From an uncultured archaeon (GTDB lineage Archaea; Asgardarchaeota; Lokiarchaeia; Sigyniarchaeales; SOKP01): a stretch of 64,000 nt of DNA. Within the stretch, counting starts at the first letter, position 1; each line of letters starts with the position of its first letter. The stretch is taken from positions 1-64,000 of the forward strand of contig CAYLZE010000001.1 of NCBI GenBank assembly GCA_964388035.1, read 5' to 3'. Below are positions 20,236-31,410 of this stretch, piece by piece. The position numbers were made by a program, and so were the translations under genes. A model generated the notes under the pieces. That model saw only the letters and a list, made by a program, of their open reading frames with translations, had not been told where the DNA came from and ran no database searches.

Positions 20236-21690
20236 TTAATTGTTTTTCTTGGAACTTTCTCTTCTAATTAGAGAATTAGAAATTTTGGGTAATAAAGGTA
20301 TAAACTCAAGAGGATCTCCGAAAATTGGGACTTTTTTTTCAGTTAAAAGATGAGAGATTCTTTCACGATGTTCTGGACAATTCGCCCTTTGTATAATAGG
20401 GATTAGTGGTTTAGAATATACATGCCCGAGGTTAAATGCTTTAATCAAGTTCTTTTCTAATTTTTCATCACGGAGAATAGAGAAATCTGGGTGAAAATAC
20501 CAACATGGAATATCTAAAACTAATGCATCCATTTTTTTATCAGATAACGCCAGATCGATAATCTTTACAATACTATCACTATAAAATAATTGTGCTGCAA
20601 CATCCAAAGGATTATTTGGGCTGGTTCCTTTCACAAAAAGATTTTCTTTAATGTTCATTTTTACCTCATCACTAAATTGGGGCACTTTCATCCCGTACTT
20701 TTCTAAAAGATCTACCAAAATAACACCATAACCCCCACTTATGCTAAAGATTGCAAGGTTTTCATATTTACTAATACCATAAAAATCAATTAAGCGAGCC
20801 GTAAAGAGCAGTTGTTCCAAAGAATCTACTTCAATAAGGTTATATTGTTTAAATAAAGCATTCCAGATTTTGTCATTTCCTGAAATTGAACCCGTATGCG
20901 TTTTTGCTGCCGTTGCTCCCACAATAGACTTCCCTCCTTTTAAAACCACTATAGGCTTTTTATTCTGTGATAACACGCGTTTTAAAGTATCAACTCTACG
21001 CTCTTTTATTCCTTCTAAATAACAGAGTATTATATCTGTTTCTGGATCGTGTGTTAGGTAATACAATATATCTACAAAATCTAAATCTGCACCATTGCCA
21101 AATGAGAAAACCTTTGAAAAATAAATTCCTAACTCTATTCCTGAATAAACAGCTAAATTACAAATCCCTCCGCTCTGAGCGATAAATCCAATGTTGCCTG
21201 CTATAGTAGGAAATTTTGGCCTCCAAGCAATTCCTAATCTAGGATAAAAAAGTCCCAAACCGTTAGGTCCTAATAACCTTATCTTTCCTTGAGCTTTTGC
21301 TAAGAGTACTCTTTCTAATACTCTGCCTTCTTCCGTACCAGCATCAGAAAAACCAGCTGCAAAAATGCTGGCTAATTTAACTCCTTTTTCCACGCATTCT
21401 TCAATCACCGGGGGCACTTTATGAGCAGGAACGGCAATAAAAGCAAAATCTATTGCTTCGGGGATATCATTAACGGATTTAAAAATTTTCCCTTGGTTTC
21501 CATCATCAAATCCTTTTATCTGCTTAATATAAGGGTGCACTGCATATACTTTTCCCTTGAAATTTTCTAAGTGATTCCGAAGAAAAAAGAAATTCCGTTT
21601 TTCTGAAGGGCCAATAACTACTATGGATTTTATTTCTTCAATAAAGGAAAGGGATTTTAAACCATGGGGATCATTATTCTTCGAGTCCAT
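20236..21690 (-). CDS. ADP-forming acyl-CoA synthetase, alpha-type subunit (second paralog)
   Basis: GFSDAG, LLGPNGLG, AQSGG, AAKTHTGSI, NPLD. Confidence 0.9.
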   Translation of the reverse strand: MDSKNNDPHGLKSLSFIEEIKSIVVIGPSEKRNFFFLRNHLENFKGKVYAVHPYIKQIKGFDDGNQGKIFKSVNDIPEAIDFAFIAVPAHKVPPVIEECVEKGVKLASIFAAGFSDAGTEEGRVLERVLLAKAQGKIRLLGPNGLGLFYPRLGIAWRPKFPTIAGNIGFIAQSGGICNLAVYSGIELGIYFSKVFSFGNGADLDFVDILYYLTHDPETDIILCYLEGIKERRVDTLKRVLSQNKKPIVVLKGGKSIVGATAAKTHTGSISGNDKIWNALFKQYNLIEVDSLEQLLFTARLIDFYGISKYENLAIFSISGGYGVILVDLLEKYGMKVPQFSDEVKMNIKENLFVKGTSPNNPLDVAAQLFYSDSIVKIIDLALSDKKMDALVLDIPCWYFHPDFSILRDEKLEKNLIKAFNLGHVYSKPLIPIIQRANCPEHRERISHLLTEKKVPIFGDPLEFIPLLPKISNSLIRRESSKKNN

Positions 21691-21872
21691 TAAAAAAGGA
21701 AAGAGTACAAGTAATTAATACTTGAAGATGATTACTTTTTTATGATTTGATCAATCACTTCCTTTTTTGAAAAAAAAAATTATAATTTATAAGAACAACC
21801 ATTAAATGGAATAGAACTATTATATAAACAGAAATCGGAATTGCTCCTTAAAATTTTTTAAAAAATTGTGAT

Positions 21873-22385
21873 ATGGAGAAAACCATGCCAGATTTGGATG
21901 AAAAAGTAAGAAGACGTTCAGAGAAAATGGTACAGCTTTTTAATGCATTTAAAGAAAAAGATTTATCCAACTTTCCGGTACCCCCCTTTTCAAAATGGTT
22001 AAATGGAAAATTAATTAAAGCAAAACGTGGAGACTTAGAATTAGAATTTAGGATAAGACCGGAAATGGGAAATCCCACGGGATTGTTACACGGGGGCATG
22101 CAATCTGCGATAATTGATGATGCCATTGGGATGATGACTGCTACTTTGGGATATGAAGGATTTTTAATCTCGTTAGATTTGCATGTAAATTATTTAGACA
22201 AGATAAAAGTGGGAGAAAGAATTCGTGTTAAAGCGGAACTGGTAAGAGACGGGCGTAATGTGGCTCATGCATTCGCACAAATTCTCAGCATGGATGGAAG
22301 ATTAATCGCGACAGGCAATTCTAATTTACTTAAGACTAATTTTACTCCAGATTATGTAAAATATGCTGACCAAAAATCCGTATAA
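21873..22385 (+). CDS. PaaI family (hotdog) thioesterase
   Basis: NPTGLLHGGMQSAIIDD. Confidence 0.93.
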   Translation: MEKTMPDLDEKVRRRSEKMVQLFNAFKEKDLSNFPVPPFSKWLNGKLIKAKRGDLELEFRIRPEMGNPTGLLHGGMQSAIIDDAIGMMTATLGYEGFLISLDLHVNYLDKIKVGERIRVKAELVRDGRNVAHAFAQILSMDGRLIATGNSNLLKTNFTPDYVKYADQKSV

Positions 22386-22456
22386 TACAACTCATTTTGC
22401 TCTTGAATGTTTTAAGCATGGACCCACACCAAAGGAAAAAAATTTAAATAGTCAAA

Positions 22457-24394
22457 TTGAAAAGTACTTATATGAATTTCACTCAAATTTCTGAAAATTG
22501 CTTTTTATTTGAGGATTATGCAAACGTTTACGTGGTAAAAAAAGAGAAGAAAGCTATTTTAATTGACTTTGGTTCAGGGGAAATATTGAATTTCCTTCCA
22601 GAAATCGGAATTGATGGTATAGAGTATATTTTCCACACGCATTATCATCGAGATCAATCTTTTGGCGATCAGAGAGCGATTGAGATGCAAATTAAGATTG
22701 CTGCCCCGGCGAAGGAGAAAAAACTTTTTTTAAATGCGGAACAATTTTGGGAAAGTAAATCCTATTATGATATTTATAATTTCAAGCCAACATTCTTCGT
22801 CTCTACTTTCAACATTCCTCTCGAAAGGACACTTAGGGAAGGAGATGAATTAAATTGGAAGGGATATCATTTTAAAATAATAGAGACTGGTGGACATACC
22901 ATTGGAAGCATATCTTATCTGGTAGAATTAGATGGGAAAATGATGGCCTTTACCGGAGATCTAATTCATTCTGGGGGAAAAACTCTAACTTATTATGATT
23001 TAGAATATATCTATGATGATAATGGTGAAGGTGGGATCAGTGGGTCATTAACTTCTTTTAAGAAGTTATTATCACATAAACCAAGTATGCTACTTCCTTC
23101 TCATGGAAGTATTATAACTAAACCCGCCGAAGAAATAAAAAGCTTGAAACAAAAGTTACAACGGGCAAGAGAAGCTTTTTATTCTCAACATTCAAGTATC
23201 TTGGAAGAAATAAATTTAACTTTAAATAGAAAAATAAAACCAATCAATCTTGAAAGAGAATTTCCTCATGTTCTTCATGATGGATTCAAGCCTCCTTATA
23301 TCCTCATAGGGTCTGATCATAATTGCATACTTATAGATTTTTCAGGTTCCTCCTATTTCGGATACAGACTTGAAGAGCTACAAGAAATTTTTACGAAGCA
23401 CGGTATTGAGAGGATCGATTTTATCATTCCTACGCATTATCATGACGATCACGTAGCGGGAATTCCTTTATTACAAAAGATTTTTCATACAAATGTATAT
23501 GCCCTTGAAAACATGGTTGATATTTTAGAGAATCCCACGGATTATCGGATGGGTTGTCTGATAGAGCAATCTATTAAAGTAGATAAGATTTTGAAGGAGG
23601 GGGATATTTTAAAATGGGATAAATATGAATTTCAGATATTTCATTTTCCTGGACAAACAGAATACCATGCAGGCTTATTTGGGAAAATAGATGGAAAAAG
23701 TGTATTTTTCACGGGAGATAGCATCATTGCTAATACTTTCGATGATAAAAATACCAATTTAAATGGTCTGAATTTATGCAAACTAGGAGAGAACGTTGGA
23801 TACATGAGATGTGCAGATATTTTGCTCCAATATAATCCAGAATATCTTGCAATTAGTCATTATGGAATTATCCCGGTAAATGAAGCCCTACTTAAACAAT
23901 ATAAGAAAATTGTATCCGAGTACGAGCCAATAATCACTGATATTGTTGCACAAGAAAACCCCAATATGGGATTGGATCCTAATTGGATCTGTTTTAAACC
24001 AATTCGAATTATTGCGAAGAATCATGGGCAAGTAAACACCAATTTGCAAGTCAGAAATTATCTAAACAAGTACTCAACTGTTAAATTTAAATTAAATCTA
24101 CCCCTCTATTGGAAAGCTTCTTATGAAACAGGTGAAATTAGGTTAAGTCCCGGAGAAATCAAGAGAATTCCCGTGAGAATTTTTATCCCCGATATTGATA
24201 AAAGTTTAGGGAGATCCATGATTACTGCAAATGTACTCTTCAATAATAAAAAATTGGGACCCATGGCTGATTTAATGATTGATTATAATTACCACCCCTC
24301 TAAAACATGGCGGGGATGGACATATGAAGCTAAAAAAGATCTTCTTCCTTGGATAATTCATCAGATTAGAGTGGGTTATAAATACTTCTCATGA
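22457..24394 (+). CDS. duplicated metallo-beta-lactamase-fold hydrolase with C-terminal beta-sandwich
   Basis: two MBL units: THYHRDQ/GHT/FTGD/PSHG and THYHDDH/PGQT/FTGD/ISH. Confidence 0.85.
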   Translation: MKSTYMNFTQISENCFLFEDYANVYVVKKEKKAILIDFGSGEILNFLPEIGIDGIEYIFHTHYHRDQSFGDQRAIEMQIKIAAPAKEKKLFLNAEQFWESKSYYDIYNFKPTFFVSTFNIPLERTLREGDELNWKGYHFKIIETGGHTIGSISYLVELDGKMMAFTGDLIHSGGKTLTYYDLEYIYDDNGEGGISGSLTSFKKLLSHKPSMLLPSHGSIITKPAEEIKSLKQKLQRAREAFYSQHSSILEEINLTLNRKIKPINLEREFPHVLHDGFKPPYILIGSDHNCILIDFSGSSYFGYRLEELQEIFTKHGIERIDFIIPTHYHDDHVAGIPLLQKIFHTNVYALENMVDILENPTDYRMGCLIEQSIKVDKILKEGDILKWDKYEFQIFHFPGQTEYHAGLFGKIDGKSVFFTGDSIIANTFDDKNTNLNGLNLCKLGENVGYMRCADILLQYNPEYLAISHYGIIPVNEALLKQYKKIVSEYEPIITDIVAQENPNMGLDPNWICFKPIRIIAKNHGQVNTNLQVRNYLNKYSTVKFKLNLPLYWKASYETGEIRLSPGEIKRIPVRIFIPDIDKSLGRSMITANVLFNNKKLGPMADLMIDYNYHPSKTWRGWTYEAKKDLLPWIIHQIRVGYKYFS

Positions 24395-24549
24395 TCTTTA
24401 AGAGTTAGCTATAGAAGAATTATATTTTAACCTCATTTTTTTAGAAAAAATAAAAAGAAAAAAGCTTTTATAGAATTCTTAATCTCTTAATCATTAAACG
24501 TAATTTAATTGATTTTAATTATAATTAAAAAATATAAAATGAATTAAAA

Positions 24550-25728
24550 ATGTCTCTTCAAGAAGAAAATGCTTATTCCATAACAGACCGGTTAGCCTTT
24601 CCCAGATTAATAGGTTCTGAAGGAGAAAAGAAAGCCATTGATGTGCTTTTGGATGAATTGAAAAAAGCAGGATATTCAGATATTCATCGAGAACAATTCA
24701 AGACATCTTTTTATACATGGTACTTAGCACGAATTGGCTTCATCCCACTTGGGCTTCTGATAATTTTGATCTCGATTTTCTTCATATTAATTCCGTGGAT
24801 TTCGATCATATTTTCTCTCATTACTTTATTTTATCTGTTGAAAATGTTAAAAATATCCAATGCTATAGATATCAAATTAAGTAAAAATGAGAATAGAAAC
24901 TTTGAAACAGAAAATCTTTATGTTAAATTAAAAAGTAAAAATGCAAGAGGGAAAGTAATTATTTTAGGCCATTGGGATAGTAAGAGTCAAACAATGCCCA
25001 TATTGGTAAGATTAATTGTGTATATCATAACAATAATTGGAGATTTAATTTTAATCGCACTTTTTATCATTTTTAGTATAATTAAAGTCTTCCTTTCTGT
25101 TGCTCTCCCCATCATGAGTTTTGGGTTAATGATTATCAGCATCATCGTGGCATTAATTGGAATGACTAATATCTTTAATAAAACGGAAAATAAATCCCCC
25201 GGTGCAAAAGATAATGCTACCGCTACAGGTATCGTGATAGAATTAGCCAGATTTTTTAAGCTAAATCCTTTAGATAACTTGGACATGATTTTTTTATTAA
25301 CAGGTTCGGAAGAATTAAATTTGGGTGGTGCAAAGTATTTTATCTCATCTCACCAAACTGAATTTGATAAAGAAAATACTTATGTTATCAATTTAGATTC
25401 GGTTGGAGGATATGGTGCACTAAATGTGTTAACAGGATATGGCATTCCTAAGAAATCTCTTTCTAAAGAATTGGAAACATATTCTACCAAAGCAAGTGAA
25501 AAACTTGGTATTGAACTCAAAAAAATGTCCATTCCCACGGGTGCTTGGGCGGATCATTCACCATTTACGGAATTAGGATTCAATGCTACCACGTTAGGAT
25601 CGAATGGAGGTTTGAAAGAAATGCATACATCAAAAGATACCATGAAGTTAGTGTCTAAGGAGGGTTTAAAGAAGTGTCTATTATTATGTGCCGAAGTAGT
25701 TAGGGAAATTAATAACAAATACTCTTAA
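24550..25728 (+). CDS. membrane-embedded M28 family metallopeptidase
   Basis: GHWDS, GAKDNATA, GSEE, NLDSVG, ADH..F, HT..D; two hydrophobic hairpin insertions. Confidence 0.88.
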   Translation: MSLQEENAYSITDRLAFPRLIGSEGEKKAIDVLLDELKKAGYSDIHREQFKTSFYTWYLARIGFIPLGLLIILISIFFILIPWISIIFSLITLFYLLKMLKISNAIDIKLSKNENRNFETENLYVKLKSKNARGKVIILGHWDSKSQTMPILVRLIVYIITIIGDLILIALFIIFSIIKVFLSVALPIMSFGLMIISIIVALIGMTNIFNKTENKSPGAKDNATATGIVIELARFFKLNPLDNLDMIFLLTGSEELNLGGAKYFISSHQTEFDKENTYVINLDSVGGYGALNVLTGYGIPKKSLSKELETYSTKASEKLGIELKKMSIPTGAWADHSPFTELGFNATTLGSNGGLKEMHTSKDTMKLVSKEGLKKCLLLCAEVVREINNKYS

Positions 25729-25745
25729 AGAATGATCCCATTATT

Positions 25746-26819
25746 CTAACTTGCTGTTTTATCGTTATTTCTTTTTTTTTTCCCCTTTATGACGGCCGTT
25801 CCAAGTTCAATCACTCGATTAAAGGGTTCTTCTAAATCTTCTCGAAGAACCATCTGGATTGCCTCTTCTGGGCAACCGGAAGCACATAAGCCACAACCCA
25901 AACAATTCTCTCTATCCACGATGGCAATCTCTTGTAATTCTATGGCATGAACAGGACATCTATCCACGCAACTTCCGCATCCTATACATTTGGATTTGTC
26001 AATTATAGATTCAAAAATCGCATTTAAATATTTATGCTTATCATGTCCAAGTTTAGTAATACCTTTCATGGAGGCGCAACAACAAGGGCAACAATTACAT
26101 ATATTAGAAAGGTGTTTAGTATTTGCTCCTGCATGGACCAATCCCGCTTTATCTGCTTCTTCTATAATACGAATGGCTTCTTGAGCCGTAATTTCGCGAC
26201 CGATTCCATTCTCAATATAATATTCCGCAGCGACTCCAAAGCTCAAGCATGTTTCTAAGGGAAAATCACATCCTTCTCCTAATAATCTGCTTTCTTTCCT
26301 ACAGATACATTCAGTAACGGCAATTTTACGGGCATTTAAAACGCTTTCCTTCAACTTTTGATAGGGTAAGAGGACGGTATTTGATTCAACATGCTCGTCT
26401 ATCGGGATCACCTTGAATCCGGGCACATTACTCGCTCCTAATTCATCCAAAAAAGCTTCTTCATAATATTTTTTATATAATCGGGCTAAGCTCTCATCAA
26501 TTTTTTTTACAGAATATTCATATAGTCCGATCATGAAAGGGGCGGAATTATAATACTTTTTGTTTTGGTGTCGTGATCTAAAAATAAGCCCTTTTTTGGA
26601 AATACTTTCCAATTTCTGTTCCAAATATGTGGGGTCTAAATTGTAACGCTTGGCTATTTGTTTAACTTCTTGAGGAATGGGTGTTAAAAGGGTTGCTAAA
26701 CGAGCTTCTTCTGGGGAAAAAAGCTTTTTTAAGATTTCAATTTCTACTCCTGAACGTGTTTTTGGAAAACCAATGGGAAATTCATTTAAGAATTCTCCTA
26801 ATTTAACATACTCATCCAT
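25746..26819 (-). CDS. 4Fe-4S binding protein with Cys-rich middle domain
   Basis: CICR, CDFPLETC, ICNCCPCCC, two CxxCxxCxxxCP motifs. Confidence 0.88.
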   Translation of the reverse strand: MDEYVKLGEFLNEFPIGFPKTRSGVEIEILKKLFSPEEARLATLLTPIPQEVKQIAKRYNLDPTYLEQKLESISKKGLIFRSRHQNKKYYNSAPFMIGLYEYSVKKIDESLARLYKKYYEEAFLDELGASNVPGFKVIPIDEHVESNTVLLPYQKLKESVLNARKIAVTECICRKESRLLGEGCDFPLETCLSFGVAAEYYIENGIGREITAQEAIRIIEEADKAGLVHAGANTKHLSNICNCCPCCCASMKGITKLGHDKHKYLNAIFESIIDKSKCIGCGSCVDRCPVHAIELQEIAIVDRENCLGCGLCASGCPEEAIQMVLREDLEEPFNRVIELGTAVIKGKKKRNNDKTAS

Positions 26820-26941
26820 TGTTTTAAACTTCTTTTTCCTTCTTTATATTTATTAAAATTATTTAATTTAATTGATAATAAATTTATTTGTTGATAATGT
26901 TAAGATTTCAGTCCAATGGACTTTTATGATTTAACTTTTGA

Positions 26942-27260
26942 TTATTTTGCAACAATTTGATAGATATATTCATCAAAAGCAGTAAAATCAAATTCATTAT
27001 TAACATCTACTCCGAAAGATCTAATTGAAAGATCAGTATCTACAAGAAAAGTATTATCGGTTACAGTTGTAGCATCATGAGTAAGAGCCCATACTTTTCC
27101 AACGATATAATCGGCATAGGAAAATTTTCTCATCAAATTAGATTGCTTATCACCTCTATAAACAAAACCCCTGTGATACACTGACCAAGAGAATAACTAT
27201 ATTCGAAAATTGATAAGCTTAATCCCATTTGATGACAAGCTGTGGTGTCATTGCAGTGTT
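26942..27260 (-). pseudogene. 3' remnant of a PQQ-dependent glucose/sorbosone dehydrogenase (GSDH-like) gene
   Basis: minus strand reads HCNDTTACHQMGLSLSIFEYSYSLGQCITG, then after a 1-nt deletion in the G4 run (27168-27171) GFVYRG..YADY..GKVWAL..SFGVD; no 5' part present. Confidence 0.75.
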
Positions 27261-27332
27261 ATTATAGAAAATCCCCTAACTCAATAAAACTATTAATTTA
27301 AATACTAATATGGAAAAAAAGGAAGTTAAATC

Positions 27333-28397
27333 TTATTCTTCTTTTTCAAGAATAGTCAATTTTGTTTTTGCTCCAATCTCATTAAATTCTGATGGGGAAA
27401 ATTCCAACTCCTTCCCTGTAATTTTATTTGCAATGGATGCTGCAAAAATCGCCCAGGGACAAATCGCATTTTCCAGTTCTTCTGCATTCATGACACTTCT
27501 AACGCGTGCAGTGGAACAGTTCACGGATTCTACCGTGAAACTTTTTTCAGATTCCCATTTAATTTTTATTTTTTCAGCCATGCCAATTTCAGATGCCATC
27601 TTCATGAATTTATCCATTGCATCTGCTAAGGACATTCTTTCAAGTTCTTTAATACTAAATCCACTCATTGTCATCATTCGTTCAATAAATTCATAAGTTC
27701 GAGGAATAACGTATCGATACAGAGCAGGCATTCCAATTAACTCTTTTGCGAATTTTTCGTATCCAAAAGTAATTCCATGAAGAACAAACGCAATCTGATT
27801 TGTTTCAAATCGCAATTTTGATCCTTGTTTTCTTGATCCCATTTTATATAAGACTGCAAGAAAAAGTGCACTAGCAATGATAAAGGGAATAATTCCTGTC
27901 CATAACGCGGTTCTTGGCATAAAAAGAAAAGGAAAGGTGCCATTAGCATTTACGACAAAATAGAAATTATATAAAAACGTAAAAAAAGAGATGGTCCATC
28001 CCGTATAACCGATAGGTCCCAGAATCCATCCATAATTATAAATTTCATCCTTTTTCCATCTCGCAAAAAAAAATTTGGTAGATACTAAAAGGACAGAAAT
28101 AAAGCCTCCAATCCAAGCATGTGTCCAGATCCCCGAAGGTTGATATAAATTAGGATCCTTTGCCACGATATGTAATGAAAACATGTAAATGCATTGCACA
28201 GTAATTGCATAAAATAGAAAAATTTCCGTCCATCCGAATCGTTTATGGGCTCTAACCACCGTGAAATTACCTTTCATCAAATTTAAATCTCTAATATTAT
28301 ACAAACCAATAAACGCATTAGCGGTGGCAAAACTGTATCCTACAATTGCTTGTAGTATCATCAATTCAATCCAAAGCATCATTAAATTAATTGCCAT
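27333..28397 (-). CDS. membrane protein (about 5 TM, two intramembrane His) fused to a V4R-like domain
   Basis: hydrophobic N-terminal half with RAHKRFG and WTHAWIG; C-terminal FTVESVNC..ICPW pattern. Confidence 0.65.
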   Translation of the reverse strand: MAINLMMLWIELMILQAIVGYSFATANAFIGLYNIRDLNLMKGNFTVVRAHKRFGWTEIFLFYAITVQCIYMFSLHIVAKDPNLYQPSGIWTHAWIGGFISVLLVSTKFFFARWKKDEIYNYGWILGPIGYTGWTISFFTFLYNFYFVVNANGTFPFLFMPRTALWTGIIPFIIASALFLAVLYKMGSRKQGSKLRFETNQIAFVLHGITFGYEKFAKELIGMPALYRYVIPRTYEFIERMMTMSGFSIKELERMSLADAMDKFMKMASEIGMAEKIKIKWESEKSFTVESVNCSTARVRSVMNAEELENAICPWAIFAASIANKITGKELEFSPSEFNEIGAKTKLTILEKEE

Positions 28398-28635
28398 AAT
28401 TTTTTCTCCTTAAAATTATCTTATGATTACGATATAAACATAAGTTACTATATTTAGTTTTAGTTTGTTATACTATTGCCATGAATAAAATATTAACTAT
28501 AATATTTTTAAATCATTTTTGAATATTCGCCCCATTTTGCTTATTAAATATGTTCTGCTAAATGAATAAAACTATTTTTGAAGTTTACTTGAAAAAGTTA
28601 GGTATTCCGAGGAAGAGTTGATGATTACTTCTTGA

Positions 28636-29097
28636 TTACTTCTCTTTTCCTTTCTTATTCTTTGGTCTTATCAATATAATATGAGTGGATACCGAGATCC
28701 CAACTATAAATAAAATCACTCTAATCCAAAGGATTTGAACAAAAATAAACGCGCTGATCAATAAAACAACCCATAAAAAAGAAATCGTGATAACTTTTAT
28801 TTTAATCGGCATTCCATTTCCTTCGCGATAATTCTTGAGATAGGAACCAAATATTCTATTGGTCATGAGCCAATTATAAGCACGTTCAGAGCTCCTCATG
28901 TAACATGCTGCGGTTAATAACAAGAAGGGAGTAGTAGGTAAAACAGGTAAAACTATTCCAATTAATCCTAAACATAAAAAGATAGAGCCAAGGAGGAAAT
29001 ATAATTTTTTTTTTATTTTGCTTCCTTCTTCATGTTTATCATTTTCTTCCTCTATTTTTCGCTCCTCATTTTTTAAACTTGTTTGCATTATTTCCAA
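28636..29097 (-). CDS. YbaN (DUF454) family membrane protein
   Basis: LGLIGIVLPVLPTTPFLLLTAACYMRSS. Confidence 0.93.
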   Translation of the reverse strand: MEIMQTSLKNEERKIEEENDKHEEGSKIKKKLYFLLGSIFLCLGLIGIVLPVLPTTPFLLLTAACYMRSSERAYNWLMTNRIFGSYLKNYREGNGMPIKIKVITISFLWVVLLISAFIFVQILWIRVILFIVGISVSTHIILIRPKNKKGKEK

Positions 29098-29693
29098 CTT
29101 TGAATTGTTGTATATTTTATATCTAAATTAAAAAATTGTAAATCTTTTCTTCTATATTTTTATAAAAAGGTTTTCAGAAAGATAGTTTATTTACCCTTTA
29201 AAAAAGATTATGTTTATGACTTTTAAAAGAACACTTTAAGAGTAGACGGGATAGGTATGATAAAAAAGAAAAGGATTCCACAAAAATAAGGAGTTCTTTA
29301 TATTGCATTCTCTGTTTTGATTTTCTTATTAGTTTCCCAGATATAAATCTTTATTAGAAGTAATAAATTAAGCCTTCATCAAAAATGAAGAATTTTTGAG
29401 CATAATGTATTGGATCTCACGAAAATAAAAGGAAATTCTTTTTCGAAAATATTTAATGCTCATTTAAGGTAGTAAAATCAAATAAAATGCTTTTTATATT
29501 TTCCTTTTAAAATTAACTACAAATTGATTTTTTGTGTTTTTTCCATTTCTAGAATTCAAAAGAATGGTATTTAAATTAAAAATGAAATCATAACTGATTG
29601 CATATTAGGTTGTTATTGAGATATGCAAAGTTTCTTGAAAAAATTAAATAAAATAAGCAAAAATGCAAAATCGTAAAAATTATGGTGTAGAAT

Positions 29694-31385
29694 TTGAGTA
29701 GTGAAATGATTTCTGATGATAAGACAAGTAAATTCTTAAGCTTTCTTTCCAAGAAAAAATTATATATTATCATATTGGGATTAGCCATCTGGATAATTGT
29801 AATGAGTTTTGTTATTGTTCCTCTTCAAGGAGGATTGACTTCTTCCACTCAATTGTTACCACCTTCCCAAGAATCTTCAAGTGCATATAGTCTAGGATTA
29901 CCAATACAAGAATTTATGGGGTTATATGGAAGATCCACGAGTATAGCTTTCGTCATGCTATCTCATACATTATTAGCCAATCTACATTTAGGAGGCTCTT
30001 GGATTGCAGTAACCACAGAATCCATTTATCTAAGAAATAATAAAATGCGATTCAAAAGAGTCGCTCGATCGTTTACATTGTTTAATGTAATGCTTTTTAG
30101 CCTAGGCTCAACTTTTGCAGCAGCTGGGATAGTCTTTTTTATCGCATACATGCCCTCATTTACGGCAAATCTATTTCATATTTATTGGTGGCCTTTATTT
30201 ACCGAAGCAATCTTATTTGCAGTAGAAATTATTTTTCTTTATAGCTATTGGTTCTCGTGGGATAAAATTAAACCCCGGTATCATCAAATATTAGGATATG
30301 GATATATTATATCTGTTTTTTTTCAAGTATTAATGATTACCATGGTTGCTTCAGGCATGCTCACTCCTGGTGAATCTTCAATCGTTTATAGTGAGAATGG
30401 ATTAATTACGATGGATTTTAATACCATAATGTCTTGGTGGTTTAATCCAACAACAATAAGACTTCAAATTCATAGAGTATTTGCCTCGATTTCGTTCTGT
30501 GGATTCCTTTTAGCCATGCTGGCGATGTTTCATTTCAACGATCAGAAAGATCTCGCAGCTAAGAAATACTGGGACTGGGTGGGCTCCTACGGCATTGCAT
30601 GGGGCCTTTTAGGTCTTATTCTAGGACCTCCTTTTGGAATGATATATATGATTGCGATATCCGATGCAGAACCACAAGCGTTCACGATGATCATGCAAGG
30701 ACCGCGAGCTTGGGAGATGCTTCTCATGGTCTCTCTCTTATCTGCATTATTTCTAGTTGTAATTGTGTATTTTATTGATAGGAGGGAAAGAATATTAACT
30801 TCCTTGGAAAATAAAAGAATACGTAACTTATTCAACGTTTTTCTCGTAATTGCCGCTGTCTGTGCGCTGGTTTTAGTGCAACCCGCATGGCTGGGCTCTC
30901 CTTATGAAGATTCAGCTCCCATTATCAACTTCTGGGGTCAAATGGATTATAAATATCCTGCACTCTTTACTCTGGTAATAATAGGCTCGCTAGTTCTAAT
31001 GACCGACAGAATAATGCTAAGTGATATAAAAGAATCAGATTGGGGGAAAGTACCCAATATTGCCAGATATGCGGGAATATTAACTGGAATTTTAGGAACT
31101 TTTATCGTTATAGTAATGGGCTATGTAAGGGAATCAGCTCGGCAACCTTATTTAATTTTCAATATCATCCCTGTTCGCGGTTCAGAAACACATCCAACAC
31201 CCATTCCCATAGATATAATTTTTATTGTATGGGGTTTAATCATAGGTATAATCATAACTGTCTTCTGGTTTACTTCGAAAGTCACCGCTCATCACCCAGA
31301 AGAAGCAGAGGAATTAGATCCAAAACCCTTAAAAGGTGTTGAAGAAGAATATAAAGATATACAAGAAGAAACAAGTGATCAATAA
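29694..31385 (+). CDS. cytochrome bd oxidase subunit I (CydA) superfamily protein
   Basis: SHTLLA (His19-like), TEAILFAVE (Glu99/Glu107-like), IHRVFAS (His186-like), GYVRESARQPY (Glu445/Arg448-like). Confidence 0.85.
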   Translation: MSSEMISDDKTSKFLSFLSKKKLYIIILGLAIWIIVMSFVIVPLQGGLTSSTQLLPPSQESSSAYSLGLPIQEFMGLYGRSTSIAFVMLSHTLLANLHLGGSWIAVTTESIYLRNNKMRFKRVARSFTLFNVMLFSLGSTFAAAGIVFFIAYMPSFTANLFHIYWWPLFTEAILFAVEIIFLYSYWFSWDKIKPRYHQILGYGYIISVFFQVLMITMVASGMLTPGESSIVYSENGLITMDFNTIMSWWFNPTTIRLQIHRVFASISFCGFLLAMLAMFHFNDQKDLAAKKYWDWVGSYGIAWGLLGLILGPPFGMIYMIAISDAEPQAFTMIMQGPRAWEMLLMVSLLSALFLVVIVYFIDRRERILTSLENKRIRNLFNVFLVIAAVCALVLVQPAWLGSPYEDSAPIINFWGQMDYKYPALFTLVIIGSLVLMTDRIMLSDIKESDWGKVPNIARYAGILTGILGTFIVIVMGYVRESARQPYLIFNIIPVRGSETHPTPIPIDIIFIVWGLIIGIIITVFWFTSKVTAHHPEEAEELDPKPLKGVEEEYKDIQEETSDQ

Positions 31386-31410
31386 AAAAAACGAAAAGTA
31401 AAAAGTAAAA

